Shown: in pieces, positions 51,738-61,846 of the stretch | Position numbering within the stretch: position 1 is the stretch's first letter | Layout: each line of letters begins with the position of its first letter | NCBI GenBank assembly: GCA_964202905.1 | Contig: CAXNJO010000003.1 | Span: forward strand, 160,001 to 224,000 | From: Polyangiales bacterium | GTDB taxonomy: Bacteria > Myxococcota_A > Polyangia > Polyangiales > JADJQN01 | Direction: 5' to 3' | DNA: 64,000 bases | Program-made: the position numbers and the translations under genes | Notes under the pieces: generated by a model | Told to the model about the DNA's origin: nothing | The model's input: the letters and a program-made list of their open reading frames with translations, nothing else | The model's database searches: none

Positions 51738-53216
51738 ATGCGTCCCTCGCTTCTCCGTACCCTTGCTCTTGCGCTGCCCGTCGTGGCCCTCGCGCTCTCG
51801 ACCGCCGCCTGCGGGCGCTCGATCCTCGACGTCGATCCGCCCCGCGACGGCGGCGGGAGCGACCTCGGTGACATGGCGCCGCTACCGGACGGCGCGATGC
51901 GAATCTGCGGCGACGCCGTGTGCGAGGCCGACATCGGCGAGACGTGCTCGAGCTGCGCGCGCGACTGCGGCCCCTGCGCCGATTGCGGCGACGGCACGTG
52001 CGACGACACCGGCGGTGAGTCGTGCCTCAGCTGTCCCTCGGACTGCGGCGCGTGCCCCGGCTGCGGCAACGGCATGTGCGAGGACGCGCGCATGGAAGAC
52101 TGCGCCGGCTGCCCCGAGGATTGCGGGGCCTGCGCGACGTGCGGCGACGGCGCCTGCAACGGCATGGAATCGTGCTCCTCGTGCGGCCTCGATTGCGGCG
52201 CGTGCCCCGGCGGCTGCGGCGATGGCACGTGCGGCACGGGCGAGTCCTGCACCTCCTGCCCCGGCGACTGCGGCGTCTGCGACACCTGCGGAAACGGCAC
52301 CTGCAACATGGGCGAGACCTGCACCTCCTGCCCCGGCGACTGCGGCATCTGCGACACCTGCGGAAACGGCACGTGCAACGCGGGTGAGACCTGCTTCTCG
52401 TGCCCCGGCGACTGCGGCCTCTGCGAGACCTGCGGCGACGGCACCTGCAACGCGACCGAGACGTGCTCCTCGTGCTCGACGGATTGCGGCCTGTGCGAGC
52501 GCTGCGGCGACGGCACGTGCAGCACGAGCGAGACGTGCACCTCGTGTTCGGTCGACTGCGGACTCTGCACGACCTGCCCGAACCGCCGCTGCGACGCGAC
52601 CGAGAGCTGCGGCTCCTGCCCGCAGGACTGCGGGCGCTGCGACACCTGCGGCGACGGCTTCTGTCGCGCGACGGACGGCGAGGACTGCCTCACGTGCGCG
52701 CCCGACTGCGACGCGTGCCCGACCTGCGGCGACGGCACCTGCAACGCCGCGACCGAGACGTGCTTCACCTGCCCGGGCGATTGCGGCCGCTGCACGGGCT
52801 GCGGCGACGGGCGCTGCGCGGACCGCGAGGACTGCTCGAGCTGCGCGACCGACTGCGGCACCTGCTCGGTCTGCGGGAACATGGTCTGCGAGACGGATCC
52901 GGCGCGCGGCTTCGAGACCTGCTCGAACTGCACGAGCGACTGCGGCGCCTGCCCGGAGCGCAACTGCTCGGCCGGCCTGATCTGCGTGTTCGGCTGCTTC
53001 GACTTCAGCGGCGGCGGCGGGGGCGGCATCCCCATCCCGATGTTCAGCTGCCTCTCGTCGTGCCTCGCGAGCGTCTGCGCAGACGGCCAGTTCTTCTTGC
53101 AGCAGGTCATCGACTGCGCGGTCGGCTCGTTCGTCGGCGGTGAGTGTCGCGACCTCGACTGCGTGCGCGCCGAGTGCGGCAGCGAGGTGATGGCCTGCCT
53201 GCGCGACCGCTGCTGA
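51738..53216 (+). CDS. Cys-rich repeat lipoprotein (CG[D/N]GxC-x-ExCxxCxxDCG repeats)
   Basis: Lipobox TAAC; about 15 tandem repeats of 23-27 aa; helical Cys-rich C-terminus. Confidence 0.85.
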   Translation: MRPSLLRTLALALPVVALALSTAACGRSILDVDPPRDGGGSDLGDMAPLPDGAMRICGDAVCEADIGETCSSCARDCGPCADCGDGTCDDTGGESCLSCPSDCGACPGCGNGMCEDARMEDCAGCPEDCGACATCGDGACNGMESCSSCGLDCGACPGGCGDGTCGTGESCTSCPGDCGVCDTCGNGTCNMGETCTSCPGDCGICDTCGNGTCNAGETCFSCPGDCGLCETCGDGTCNATETCSSCSTDCGLCERCGDGTCSTSETCTSCSVDCGLCTTCPNRRCDATESCGSCPQDCGRCDTCGDGFCRATDGEDCLTCAPDCDACPTCGDGTCNAATETCFTCPGDCGRCTGCGDGRCADREDCSSCATDCGTCSVCGNMVCETDPARGFETCSNCTSDCGACPERNCSAGLICVFGCFDFSGGGGGGIPIPMFSCLSSCLASVCADGQFFLQQVIDCAVGSFVGGECRDLDCVRAECGSEVMACLRDRC

Positions 53217-53221
53217 CCGAG

Positions 53222-53256
53222 CGCACGATCTCCTTGTAAAACAAGGAGATCGTGCG
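53222..53256. terminator. Perfect 16-bp inverted repeat between convergent genes
   Basis: CGCACGATCTCCTTGT-AAA-ACAAGGAGATCGTGCG. Confidence 0.7.
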
Positions 53257-53258
53257 GA

Positions 53259-53777
53259 TCAGCCGCTCGACCCGGAGCCCTCGGCGGACACCCCGTCGGG
53301 GGCTTCGTCCGTGAGGCGGAGCCACATCGCCGTCTGCGTGCTCTGGTAGACGAGGCGCTCGCCCTGCGTGAACGTGAAAGCGTATTTCGCGAGGATGCGC
53401 GTCGTGCCGCGGCGGACCTGGGTCGCGCGACCGACGAGGCGGAGCGGCTCGCCGGGGATGCGGGCGATCTCGTGAAAGCGTGCCGCTTCGATGCGGGCGC
53501 CGTAGCCTACCCATCCTTCTTGATGGCGTAGCCCGAGCACGTAGTACGCGTGGACGAAGCCGACGATGCCGCTCGCGTGGACCATGAGCCCGCCGGAGAC
53601 GTGTCGCGGGTGCCGGACGGGATGCACGACTTGATCGCGCGTGAGCGGGAGCCCTGCGTCGACGGGCATCCGGCAAACGACCTCGTCACGCGCGGCGTCG
53701 ATGGCGAGGATCTCGTCGATGAGTTGCGCGTCGGGGCCGTAGAAGCAATCGGCGACGAAGTCGGGATCGAGCGGCAT
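53259..53777 (-). CDS. Hotdog-fold protein (FabA/FabZ-like)
   Basis: LIDEIL.ID, HP.HV.GGLMVH, G..I..ARF, PGE.L.L. Confidence 0.55.
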   Translation of the reverse strand: MPLDPDFVADCFYGPDAQLIDEILAIDAARDEVVCRMPVDAGLPLTRDQVVHPVRHPRHVSGGLMVHASGIVGFVHAYYVLGLRHQEGWVGYGARIEAARFHEIARIPGEPLRLVGRATQVRRGTTRILAKYAFTFTQGERLVYQSTQTAMWLRLTDEAPDGVSAEGSGSSG

Positions 53778-53848
53778 GGACCCGTGTGTAGCAGACGCGT
53801 CGGTGCCTCCCGCGCACACGCAGCGCCCACGTCAGGGCTCCGCCGGCA

Positions 53849-54505
53849 TCAGACGCCCGTGGCGTCGGCGGGCCAGATGTACTTGTGCATCTGCAGCTGA
53901 AAGCGCGCGGGCAGCGCGTCCTCGAGCATCCACGCGACCACGGCGCGCGACGCGGGGCCACCGAACACGCACGAGAGCAGCACCGCGCCGCAGCGGGCGC
54001 CGAGCGATTCGCGGCGGATGACGTCGCGCGCCCACTCGTAGTCGGCGCGGCTCGCGAGCACGAACTTCACCTCGTCGCGCGGCGTGAGCAGCGCGAGGTT
54101 CTCCCAGCGGTTGCGGTGCGACTCGCCGCTGCCCGGCGCCTTGAGATCGACGATGCGGTGCACGCGCGGATCGACGCGCGCGATGTCGCGCTCACCGCTC
54201 GTCTCGACGAGCACGGTGCGCCCCGCGTCGCAGAGCTCGGTGAGCAGCGGGATCGCGCCCGGCTGCAGGAGCGGCTCGCCCCCCGTGAGCTCGACGAGCG
54301 GGGCGCCCGACGCGAGGGCCCGCTCGAGCACCTCCGCGCGCGGCAGGCGCGTGCCGCCGTAGAAGGCGTGCGGCGTGTCGCACCACGTGCAGCGCAGGTT
54401 GCAGCCGGTGAGGCGAACGAAGGTGCAAGGCTGTCCGGCGAAGGACGACTCCCCTTGGATCGACGTGTAGATCTCGTGGACGACGAGCGTGTCTTCCTTC
54501 GCCAT
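53849..54505 (-). CDS. queE: 7-carboxy-7-deazaguanine synthase (radical SAM)
   Basis: EIYTSIQGES, FVRLTGCNLRCTWCDT, TGGEPLLQ, ETSG, QLQMHKYIW. Confidence 0.92.
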   Translation of the reverse strand: MAKEDTLVVHEIYTSIQGESSFAGQPCTFVRLTGCNLRCTWCDTPHAFYGGTRLPRAEVLERALASGAPLVELTGGEPLLQPGAIPLLTELCDAGRTVLVETSGERDIARVDPRVHRIVDLKAPGSGESHRNRWENLALLTPRDEVKFVLASRADYEWARDVIRRESLGARCGAVLLSCVFGGPASRAVVAWMLEDALPARFQLQMHKYIWPADATGV

Positions 54506-54604
54506 GCGCAGTGCGCGCAGCGTAGCAGCGCCGCGGCGCACACCGTCCGTCGGCGCGGCACGCGAGGTGGCACGCGGGGTCGTTGCAGTCACAGTAGGCC
54601 CGCG

Positions 54605-56527
54605 ATGACGCGGACCACGACGCCGGCGGACGCCCTCGAGACGCGCCTCGCCGCGCGGTTCGGGCTCTCGTCGTTCCGGCCGTGGCAGCGCGAGGCCGTC
54701 GACGCGCTGCTCCACGGCGCGGGGCGCGCGCTGGTCGTGGCGCCGACGGGCGGCGGCAAGTCGCTCACGTACCAGTTCCCGGCGACGGAGCTGCCGGGCA
54801 CGACGGTCGTCGTCTCACCGCTGATCGCGCTGATGGAGGATCAGGTCCGCGGCCTCGCCGCGCGCGGCATCCCCGCGACGTACCTCGCCTCGAACGTCGA
54901 GGCGGACGAACGCCGCCGACGCGAGCGCGCGCTCTTCGCGGGCGAGTACAAGCTCGTCTACGTCGCGCCCGAGCGCCTCGCGATGTCCGGCGTCATCGAC
55001 GCGCTCGCGCGACTCGCGCCGCCGCTCATCGCGATCGACGAGGCGCACTGCATCTCGCAGTGGGGACACGATTTCCGCCCGGATTACCTGAGGCTCGCGG
55101 AGGTGCTCGAGCGCCTCGCGCCGCCGCGCATCCTCGCGTGCACGGCCACCGCGACGCCGGGCGTACGCCGCGAGATCCTCGAGCGTCTCGGCCTCGACGG
55201 CCCGGACACGAAGGTCGTGCTGCGCGGTTTCGCGCGGCCCAACTTGCACCTCGCCTCGCTCGAGGTGGACTCCGCGAAGGATCGCCAGCGCGCGATCCTC
55301 GGCGCGATCCGCGAGGCGATCGGCGCGCCCTCCGCGCCCACCGGCGGCGTCATCGTCTACGCCGCGACGCGCAAGGCGACCGAGCAGCTCGCCGACGCGA
55401 TCCGCGGCGCGGGCTACGCCGTCGACGCCTACCACGCGGGACTCGAGCCCGACGTGCGCGCGGGCGTGAGCCGCGTCTTCGCGGAGCGGAAGCTCGCGGT
55501 CGTCGTCGCGACCAACGCCTTCGGGATGGGCATCGATCGCGCCGACATCCGCGCGGTCGTCCACGCGAACGCGCCCGGATCGATCGAGGCCTATTACCAG
55601 GAGGTCGGCCGCGCGGGCCGCGACGGCGATCCCGCGCACGGGCTGCTGCTCACCGCGTCGAGCGATCTCGGGCTGCGGCGCCGTCTCCTCGAGCGCAGCG
55701 CACCCGACGGCACCGCGCCCGAGCCCGCGCAGGTCGAGCGGCAGTGGCGCATGTTCCTCGACCTCATGCGCTACGTCGAGGCGGGCAGCTGCCGCCACGA
55801 CTTCATCCTCCGCTACTTCGGCGACGAGCAGGAGACGCTCGGCGGATGCGGTCACTGCGATGTGTGCGAGCGACTCGGTGGCGCGAGCGGCGCAGACGCG
55901 GAGGCCGGCGCGTCGGACGAGGACGCGCTCATCGTGCGCAAGGCGCTCGCGGGCGTCGCACGGAACCGCGGCCGCTGTGGCCTCAACCTCGTCGCGGACA
56001 TGCTCTCGGGCGCGACGAGCACACGGCTCACGGAGGTCGGGCTCGACACGCTGAGCACGTTCGGCCTTTTGCGCGATCGCGCGCGCCCTTGGGTGCTCGC
56101 GCTGCTTCGGCGGCTCATCACGGCGGGGCTCGTCGACATCACGCCGACCGAATACCCGGTGCCGATCCTCACGCGCGCCGGGCACGAGACGATGATGGGG
56201 ACGCGCCCCGTGCGCTTGCTGCTGCCCGACCCGGACGCCGGCACCGTCCGCGGTGCGCGCAACAAGCGCACGGGCGCCGCGCGCCGCGTCGAGGCGCCCG
56301 TGCCCGCGGGCGTCGACGCCGGGCTCTTCGAGCGGCTCCGCGAGGCGCGGCTCGCGCTCGCGAAGGAACACCGCGTCCCCGCCTACGTCGTCGCGCCGGA
56401 CCGCACGCTGCTCGAGCTCGCGGCGCTGCGCCCGCGCTCGCGCGGCGAGCTCGCGGGCGTGCACGGCATGGGCCCCGCGCGCATCGACGCGTGGGGCGAT
56501 GCCCTGATTGCGGTAATCAGCGCTTGA
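54605..56527 (+). CDS. recQ: RecQ family DNA helicase with RQC and HRDC domains
   Basis: PTGGGKS, DEAHCISQWGHDFRPDY, TATAT, QEVGRAGRDG, CRH..CGHCDVC, C-terminal VPAYVV..DRTL. Confidence 0.93.
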   Translation: MTRTTTPADALETRLAARFGLSSFRPWQREAVDALLHGAGRALVVAPTGGGKSLTYQFPATELPGTTVVVSPLIALMEDQVRGLAARGIPATYLASNVEADERRRRERALFAGEYKLVYVAPERLAMSGVIDALARLAPPLIAIDEAHCISQWGHDFRPDYLRLAEVLERLAPPRILACTATATPGVRREILERLGLDGPDTKVVLRGFARPNLHLASLEVDSAKDRQRAILGAIREAIGAPSAPTGGVIVYAATRKATEQLADAIRGAGYAVDAYHAGLEPDVRAGVSRVFAERKLAVVVATNAFGMGIDRADIRAVVHANAPGSIEAYYQEVGRAGRDGDPAHGLLLTASSDLGLRRRLLERSAPDGTAPEPAQVERQWRMFLDLMRYVEAGSCRHDFILRYFGDEQETLGGCGHCDVCERLGGASGADAEAGASDEDALIVRKALAGVARNRGRCGLNLVADMLSGATSTRLTEVGLDTLSTFGLLRDRARPWVLALLRRLITAGLVDITPTEYPVPILTRAGHETMMGTRPVRLLLPDPDAGTVRGARNKRTGAARRVEAPVPAGVDAGLFERLREARLALAKEHRVPAYVVAPDRTLLELAALRPRSRGELAGVHGMGPARIDAWGDALIAVISA

Positions 56528-58046
56528 GCTCGCGCTTGAGGATCTTCCCCGTCGGGCCCTTCGGCAGCGACGCGATGATCTCGACGCTGCGCGGGTATTT
56601 GTAGGCGGCGACGCGCTCCTTGCACCACGCGACGAGCTCGTCCGGGGTCGCCGCCGCGCCCGGCTTGAGCGCGACGACGGCCTTCACCTCTTCGCCGTGC
56701 AGCGGGTCTGGAATACCAATCACCGCAGCCTCCGCGACAGCCGGGTGCGCGTAGAGGATCTCCTCGATCTCGCGCGGATACACGTTGAAGCCGCCGCGGA
56801 TGATCATGTCCTTCTTGCGGTCGACGATGAAGTAGAAGCCGTCGGCGTCGACGTGCGCGACATCACCCGTCTTGAACCAACCGCCGCGGATCGACTCGGC
56901 CGTCGCCTCGGGCTTGCGCCAATAACCCTTCATCACATTGTGGCCCTTGATCTCGATCTCGCCGGGCACGAGCGGCTCGGTGATCAGCACGCCGCGCTCG
57001 TCGACGAGGCGGAACTCGACGCCGTCGATCGGCAATCCGATGCTGCCAGGCTTCTTCGGGCGGTCGAGCACGCTGAAGCTCGCGACGGGCGACGTCTCGC
57101 TGAGCCCATATCCCTCGAGGATGTTCACACCGTATTTCGCGTCGAAGGCGCCCATCACCTCGACGGGCATCGCCGCGCCGCCGGAGACGCAATAACGCAA
57201 GGCGCTCACGTCGTAATTCGCGGCGTCAGCGTAATGCAGCATCGCGAAATACATCGTGGGCACGCCGGCAAACAGCGTGATGCGATGTTTCGCGAGCAGC
57301 GTGAAGGCCGATTGCGGGTCGAAGCGCGGAAGGAGCACGAGCGCGCCGCCGCGGCCGAGCAGCGCGTTCTGTACGGCCGTCTGCCCGAAGCTGTGGAAGA
57401 GCGGGAGGGTCGCCAGCGCGACGTCGTCGGGGCCGAGCGGCAACAGCTTCGTCGCCATGTACTCGGCGTTGTAGAAGAGGTTGAAGTGCGTGAGCTCCGC
57501 GCCCTTCGCGCGTCCCGTCGTGCCCGAGGTGTAGAGAATCACCGCCGTGTCGTCGGGCATCGTGTCGGACAGCTCGAGCACGGGCTCGGCCCCGGCGAGC
57601 GCCGCCGCGAAGCTCACCGTGCCCTCGGGTGCCGACGTGTCCTTCGGGTCGGCCTTCACGACGATCAGGTGGCGACAGCCCGCGACGCGGTCGAAGCCCG
57701 CGCGCGCCTGCTCGTAGAAGCCCTCCCACACCACGAGCGCCGCGGCCGCGCTGTCCTCGAGGTGGTAGGCAATCTCGTCGGCCATGAGCAGCACGTTGAG
57801 CGGCACGACGGGATTGGCGGCGCAGTGCGCGCCAAAATACCCGATCGGGAAATGCGGCACGTTCGGCAACATCAGCGCGACGTGCTCGCCGCGCGCGACG
57901 CCGAGCTTGCCGAGCGCGCCGGCGAAGCGTTGCGCCCGCGCGTGCAGCGTGGCGTGGTCGATCGTGACATCCCCCACGTGGATGGCCGGGCGGCCGGGAT
58001 ATTTGCGCGCGCTCGTGCGCACGATCGTCGCGAGATTGAGCGTCAT
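56517..58046 (-). CDS. Long-chain-fatty-acid--CoA ligase
   Basis: YTSGTTGRAKG, EGYGLSE, TGD, DRKKDMIIRGG, LPKGPTGKILK. Confidence 0.93.
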   Translation of the reverse strand: MTLNLATIVRTSARKYPGRPAIHVGDVTIDHATLHARAQRFAGALGKLGVARGEHVALMLPNVPHFPIGYFGAHCAANPVVPLNVLLMADEIAYHLEDSAAAALVVWEGFYEQARAGFDRVAGCRHLIVVKADPKDTSAPEGTVSFAAALAGAEPVLELSDTMPDDTAVILYTSGTTGRAKGAELTHFNLFYNAEYMATKLLPLGPDDVALATLPLFHSFGQTAVQNALLGRGGALVLLPRFDPQSAFTLLAKHRITLFAGVPTMYFAMLHYADAANYDVSALRYCVSGGAAMPVEVMGAFDAKYGVNILEGYGLSETSPVASFSVLDRPKKPGSIGLPIDGVEFRLVDERGVLITEPLVPGEIEIKGHNVMKGYWRKPEATAESIRGGWFKTGDVAHVDADGFYFIVDRKKDMIIRGGFNVYPREIEEILYAHPAVAEAAVIGIPDPLHGEEVKAVVALKPGAAATPDELVAWCKERVAAYKYPRSVEIIASLPKGPTGKILKRELKR

Positions 58047-58059
58047 CGTCGTCTCCGTC

Positions 58060-58542
58060 CTACCAGCGGTGATATGCGGGATGCCCCTCGCCGACCGCGA
58101 CGAAGGTGCCCCGGCAGGTCGCCGTCACCTTGCCGCCCGCCGTGATCGTGGCCTCGACCAGCGCGCGCGGGCCGCTCGACTCGACGACGTGCGCCGCGAG
58201 CGCGAGCGGTTCGCCCATCGGCGTCGGGCGGCGCAGCGTCACGTGGAAATCGGCCGTCACGGTGCAGGGCGGCGCGTCGAGACCGTCGCGATCCATCAGG
58301 TGGATGCACGCCGCCCAGTTCGCATGGCAATCGAGCAACGCGCCGCAAATCCCACCATTGAGCACGCCTGGAAAGGCGTGATGGAAAGGCTGCGGCGTGA
58401 ACGTCGCGACGAGCCCCTCCGCGGGATTCGGCGCGCGAAACGAGCGCAATTGCAGGCCCTGCGCGTTCCCCGGACCGCAGCCGAAACAGATGCTCCGTGC
58501 GGCGAAGTGCTCTTGCAAACTGATGTCGTGGACGCCGCTCAT
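58060..58542 (-). CDS. PaaI family thioesterase
   Basis: CFGCGPGN..GL, GVLNGG....LLD, VTA.....RRPTP. Confidence 0.85.
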   Translation of the reverse strand: MSGVHDISLQEHFAARSICFGCGPGNAQGLQLRSFRAPNPAEGLVATFTPQPFHHAFPGVLNGGICGALLDCHANWAACIHLMDRDGLDAPPCTVTADFHVTLRRPTPMGEPLALAAHVVESSGPRALVEATITAGGKVTATCRGTFVAVGEGHPAYHRW

Positions 58543-58549
58543 GCCGCGC

Positions 58550-59731
58550 TCACGGGGCGCGCGTGCCGGTGACGGCGACGGTGATCGGCGCGCAACCGCT
58601 CAGCGTGCACGAGATACCGTCCGTCTCGACGTACGTGGACGTCCACGTCCCGGTGAAGGTGTTGGCATCGCTGAACATGCCCACGAGTCGGTACGTCTCG
58701 GTACAGCCGCCCGTCACCTGATACGACACGTCGAAACTGCCGCCCATCGGGCCCGTCGGGCTCGTCGGCCCGGGCTGCGTGAGCGTGAACGAGCCCGCCA
58801 TCACCTGGAGGATCCCGCCCACGTACGTGAAGCGCATCGTCGAGATGTTGTAATTCACCATGCCGAACGCGCAGTTCTGCGTCGGCGGCGGCGCGATCGA
58901 GAAGGTGCCGTTGTAGTCGATCGGCGCCTCCGGACACATGACGCAGATCGTGTCCGTGTCGTCGCAGGTGAATACGCAGCTGTCGGAGACGGTGTCGCAC
59001 GTCTCCGTCGTGCACGGATCGCGGTCGTTGCAGTCGCGCGGTGCGGGCGAGGGCTGGCAGCCGAACTCGGGATCGCAGACCTCTTCGCCGTTGCAGAAAT
59101 TGCCGTCGTCGCAGTCGGCCGCGACGGTGCAGGGCATGGGGGTGAAACAGCCGGTGCGCCCGCAGACTTCGTCCCCCGTGCAGAGCGAGTCGAGCGGGGT
59201 ATTCATGCACACATTGCCGACCGCGCACATGTCGACGGTGCACGCGATCATGTCGTTGCAATCGGCGTCGGAGGCGCAGCCCGTGCGGCGGCAGCCCATC
59301 GCCACATCACACGTCTCGCCCGCGCCCGCGCAGAGCCGATCGAGCGGCATATGGCTGCACACGCCGCCGACACCGCAGGAGTCGAAGGTGCAGTCGATGG
59401 TGTCGTCGCAGTCGGCGTTCGCGGTGCACGCGCTGCCCGCGCGGCAGCCGCTCGTCGCGCTGCACGACTGCCCGGTCGGGCAGAGCGCGTCGAGCGCGCT
59501 GTGTTCGCAAAGGCCTGCGACGTTGCAGGTGTCGACGGTGCACGCGATGGCGTCGTCGCAGTCGGCCGCCAGCAGGCAGCGCGCGCCGCCGTCCGGTCGC
59601 GGACGGTCGTCGCTGCCACCGCACGCCGCGAGGAGAAACACGCCCATCCCGAGCGGCGCGAACACCCACGCTCGCCGCGCGGCGCGCATCTCCGACATGC
59701 CCGCTTGTCCCGCCGAGGATCCGATCTTCAT
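58550..59731 (-). CDS. Cys-rich lipoprotein (C[D/N]DxxxCTxDxC repeats plus C-terminal beta domain)
   Basis: GGAG RBS; lipobox LAAC; repeats DCDDAIACTVDTC and DCDDGNFCNGEE.C; start may be at a later Met. Confidence 0.78.
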   Translation of the reverse strand: MKIGSSAGQAGMSEMRAARRAWVFAPLGMGVFLLAACGGSDDRPRPDGGARCLLAADCDDAIACTVDTCNVAGLCEHSALDALCPTGQSCSATSGCRAGSACTANADCDDTIDCTFDSCGVGGVCSHMPLDRLCAGAGETCDVAMGCRRTGCASDADCNDMIACTVDMCAVGNVCMNTPLDSLCTGDEVCGRTGCFTPMPCTVAADCDDGNFCNGEEVCDPEFGCQPSPAPRDCNDRDPCTTETCDTVSDSCVFTCDDTDTICVMCPEAPIDYNGTFSIAPPPTQNCAFGMVNYNISTMRFTYVGGILQVMAGSFTLTQPGPTSPTGPMGGSFDVSYQVTGGCTETYRLVGMFSDANTFTGTWTSTYVETDGISCTLSGCAPITVAVTGTRAP

Positions 59732-59787
59732 GCGCTCTCCCTTCCCATCCACCGGCATCGTCGCCATGCCGCTCATGCCCGCACGCC

Positions 59788-60684
59788 TCACCGCGATGTC
59801 CGTACGCCGACGACGGTCGAGCTCATGCCGGGGCAGAGCCCACAGCTGCCACCGCCGCCTGAGAAATCGGCCGTCCACGTGCCCATGAAGCTGTCGCTGT
59901 TGGAGAACGTGCCCTGCAAGCGATACGTGCCGCAGCCGGGCTGCACGTAGCTCGCGTCGAAGCTCGCGCCCGCGGGCACGGGCGACTGCGCGAGCGGGAA
60001 GCTGCCCGCCGTCACGGTGAGCGCGCTCGCCCCTGCGCTGAAGCTCACGCTGCTGATCGAATACGTCGCTGCGCCGCAGCCCGAGCTCTGCGCGGGCACG
60101 AGGAGAAAGCGGCCGGCGTAGTCTCGCGGCGCCTCGAAAGGCCCTGCCCCCGCATCGCCCCGTGCGACGCCCGCATCGCAGCCCGACGCCGTCTCGCGCA
60201 CGCAGCGATCGAGGGAGACATCGCAGGTGTCGACCGTGCACGCATTGCCGTCGTCGCAGTCTTCTGGGAGCGGCATCACGCAGGTGCGGCCGACGCAGCG
60301 CTCCGTGCCGTTGCAGAAGTTGCCGTCGTCGCAGTCCGCGTCGCCTGTGCACGCGGTGCCGCCGCGCCGGATGCAGCCGGTGCCGACGACGCACGACTCG
60401 CCCATCGCGCACATCGCGTCGATGGGCGTGTGCGTGCAAGCGCCCGACACGCCGCAACCGTCGAGCGTGCACGCGAAGCCGTCGTCGCACTGCGCGGCGG
60501 AGGTGCAGCGCACCTCGCCGAGATCGGGCGCGCCGAGGTCCGACGAGCCCCCATCACGCGCGGGCCCGGGCCCCGTGCGCGAGTCCTTCGTGCAGGCCGC
60601 AGAGAGCAGCGCGAGCGCGGCGAGCAGCCACGCGAGGGACGTGAAAAGGAGGCTCGCTGAGCCTCGCGACGGTACGGCGCGCAT
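59788..60684 (-). CDS. Paralogous, shorter Cys-rich lipoprotein
   Basis: Lipobox SAAC; CDDGFACTLDGC, CDDGNFCNGTE.C, CDDGNACTVDTC; C-terminal domain alignable with 58550..59731. Confidence 0.78.
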   Translation of the reverse strand: MRAVPSRGSASLLFTSLAWLLAALALLSAACTKDSRTGPGPARDGGSSDLGAPDLGEVRCTSAAQCDDGFACTLDGCGVSGACTHTPIDAMCAMGESCVVGTGCIRRGGTACTGDADCDDGNFCNGTERCVGRTCVMPLPEDCDDGNACTVDTCDVSLDRCVRETASGCDAGVARGDAGAGPFEAPRDYAGRFLLVPAQSSGCGAATYSISSVSFSAGASALTVTAGSFPLAQSPVPAGASFDASYVQPGCGTYRLQGTFSNSDSFMGTWTADFSGGGGSCGLCPGMSSTVVGVRTSR

Positions 60685-60789
60685 GGGGATGCGACGGTAG
60701 TCCCCGCGGCGGCGGGGAGTCAACGACACACGATGCGCACGCGGGTCATGGCACCATGCGCGGCCACACACCCGGGGAGACGACACGGC

Positions 60790-61788
60790 ATGAGCGACGA
60801 GACGCGGAGCGGAGCAGCAACGGCCACGACGACGGGGGGAGCGAGGCGCACCCTCTATCCGCCGATCGAGCCGTATCGCCGGGGCACGCTGCGCGTCGAC
60901 GATGTGCACACGTTGTATGTCGAGGAGTCTGGCAACCCGCGCGGCATCCCCGTGGTGTTCGTGCACGGCGGACCGGGCGGCGGCACCGATCCGCGGCAGC
61001 GGCGCTTTTTCGATCCTGCGCGCTATCGCATCGTGCTCTTCGATCAGCGCGGCTGCGGCCAGAGCACGCCGCACGCGTCGCTCACCGACAACACCACCTG
61101 GCACCTCGTCGCCGACATGGAGCGGCTGCGCGCGCACCTCGGCATCGCGCGCTGGCATGTCTTCGGCGGCTCGTGGGGCTCGACGCTCGCGCTCGCCTAC
61201 GCGCAGACGCACCCCGACTGCGTCAGCGCGCTCATCCTCCGTGGCATTTTCTTGCTTCGGCGCCGCGAGATCGAGTGGTTCTACCAGGAGGGCGCGAGTC
61301 GCCTCTTCCCCGATGCGTGGGAGAGCTATCTCGCGCCGATTCCTGCCGAAGAGCGCGGGGATCTGTTGAGTGCCTATCACCGCCGCCTCACCGGCGACGA
61401 CGTGGAGGCGCGCCTCGCCGCCGCGCAGGCATGGAGCATCTGGGAGGGCTCGACGAGCACGCTGATCACCGATCTCGATCTCGTGCGACGCACCGGCGAC
61501 CCGACCTTCGCCCTCGCGTTCGCACGCATCGAATGCCACTACTTCGTGAACCGTGGATTTCTCGAGCGCGACGACCAGCTCCTCGCGCACGTCGACCGCA
61601 TCCGCCACATCCCGTGCGTGATCGTGCAGGGCCGCTACGACGTCGTGTGCCCCGCCGAGAGCGCCTGGGCCCTGCACCGCGCGTGGCCCGAGTCCGAGTT
61701 GCACATCGTGCCCGACGCGGGGCACAGCGCGATGGAGGCGGGCATCGTGAGCGCGCTTATCGCAGCAACCGATCGGCTGGGTGGGTGA
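60790..61788 (+). CDS. pip: Proline iminopeptidase (S33)
   Basis: HGGPGGG, FDQRGCG, GGSWGS, GRYDVVCP, AGHS. Confidence 0.95.
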   Translation: MSDETRSGAATATTTGGARRTLYPPIEPYRRGTLRVDDVHTLYVEESGNPRGIPVVFVHGGPGGGTDPRQRRFFDPARYRIVLFDQRGCGQSTPHASLTDNTTWHLVADMERLRAHLGIARWHVFGGSWGSTLALAYAQTHPDCVSALILRGIFLLRRREIEWFYQEGASRLFPDAWESYLAPIPAEERGDLLSAYHRRLTGDDVEARLAAAQAWSIWEGSTSTLITDLDLVRRTGDPTFALAFARIECHYFVNRGFLERDDQLLAHVDRIRHIPCVIVQGRYDVVCPAESAWALHRAWPESELHIVPDAGHSAMEAGIVSALIAATDRLGG

Positions 61789-61846
61789 GGGACCATCGCG
61801 CCGATAGACATCCACGCCATCGCCCACGCCGTTTTGTAAGCCGCGC

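Noticed and set aside
53849..54505. queE as part of a 7-deazaguanine DNA-modification (dpd) system
   Set aside because: No dpdA/tgt-like, queC or queD genes are nearby; ordinary queuosine biosynthesis is the simpler reading.
54568..54587. TGGCACG...TTGCA upstream of recQ as a sigma54 promoter
   Set aside because: The GG-to-GC spacing is 14 nt rather than the required 10.
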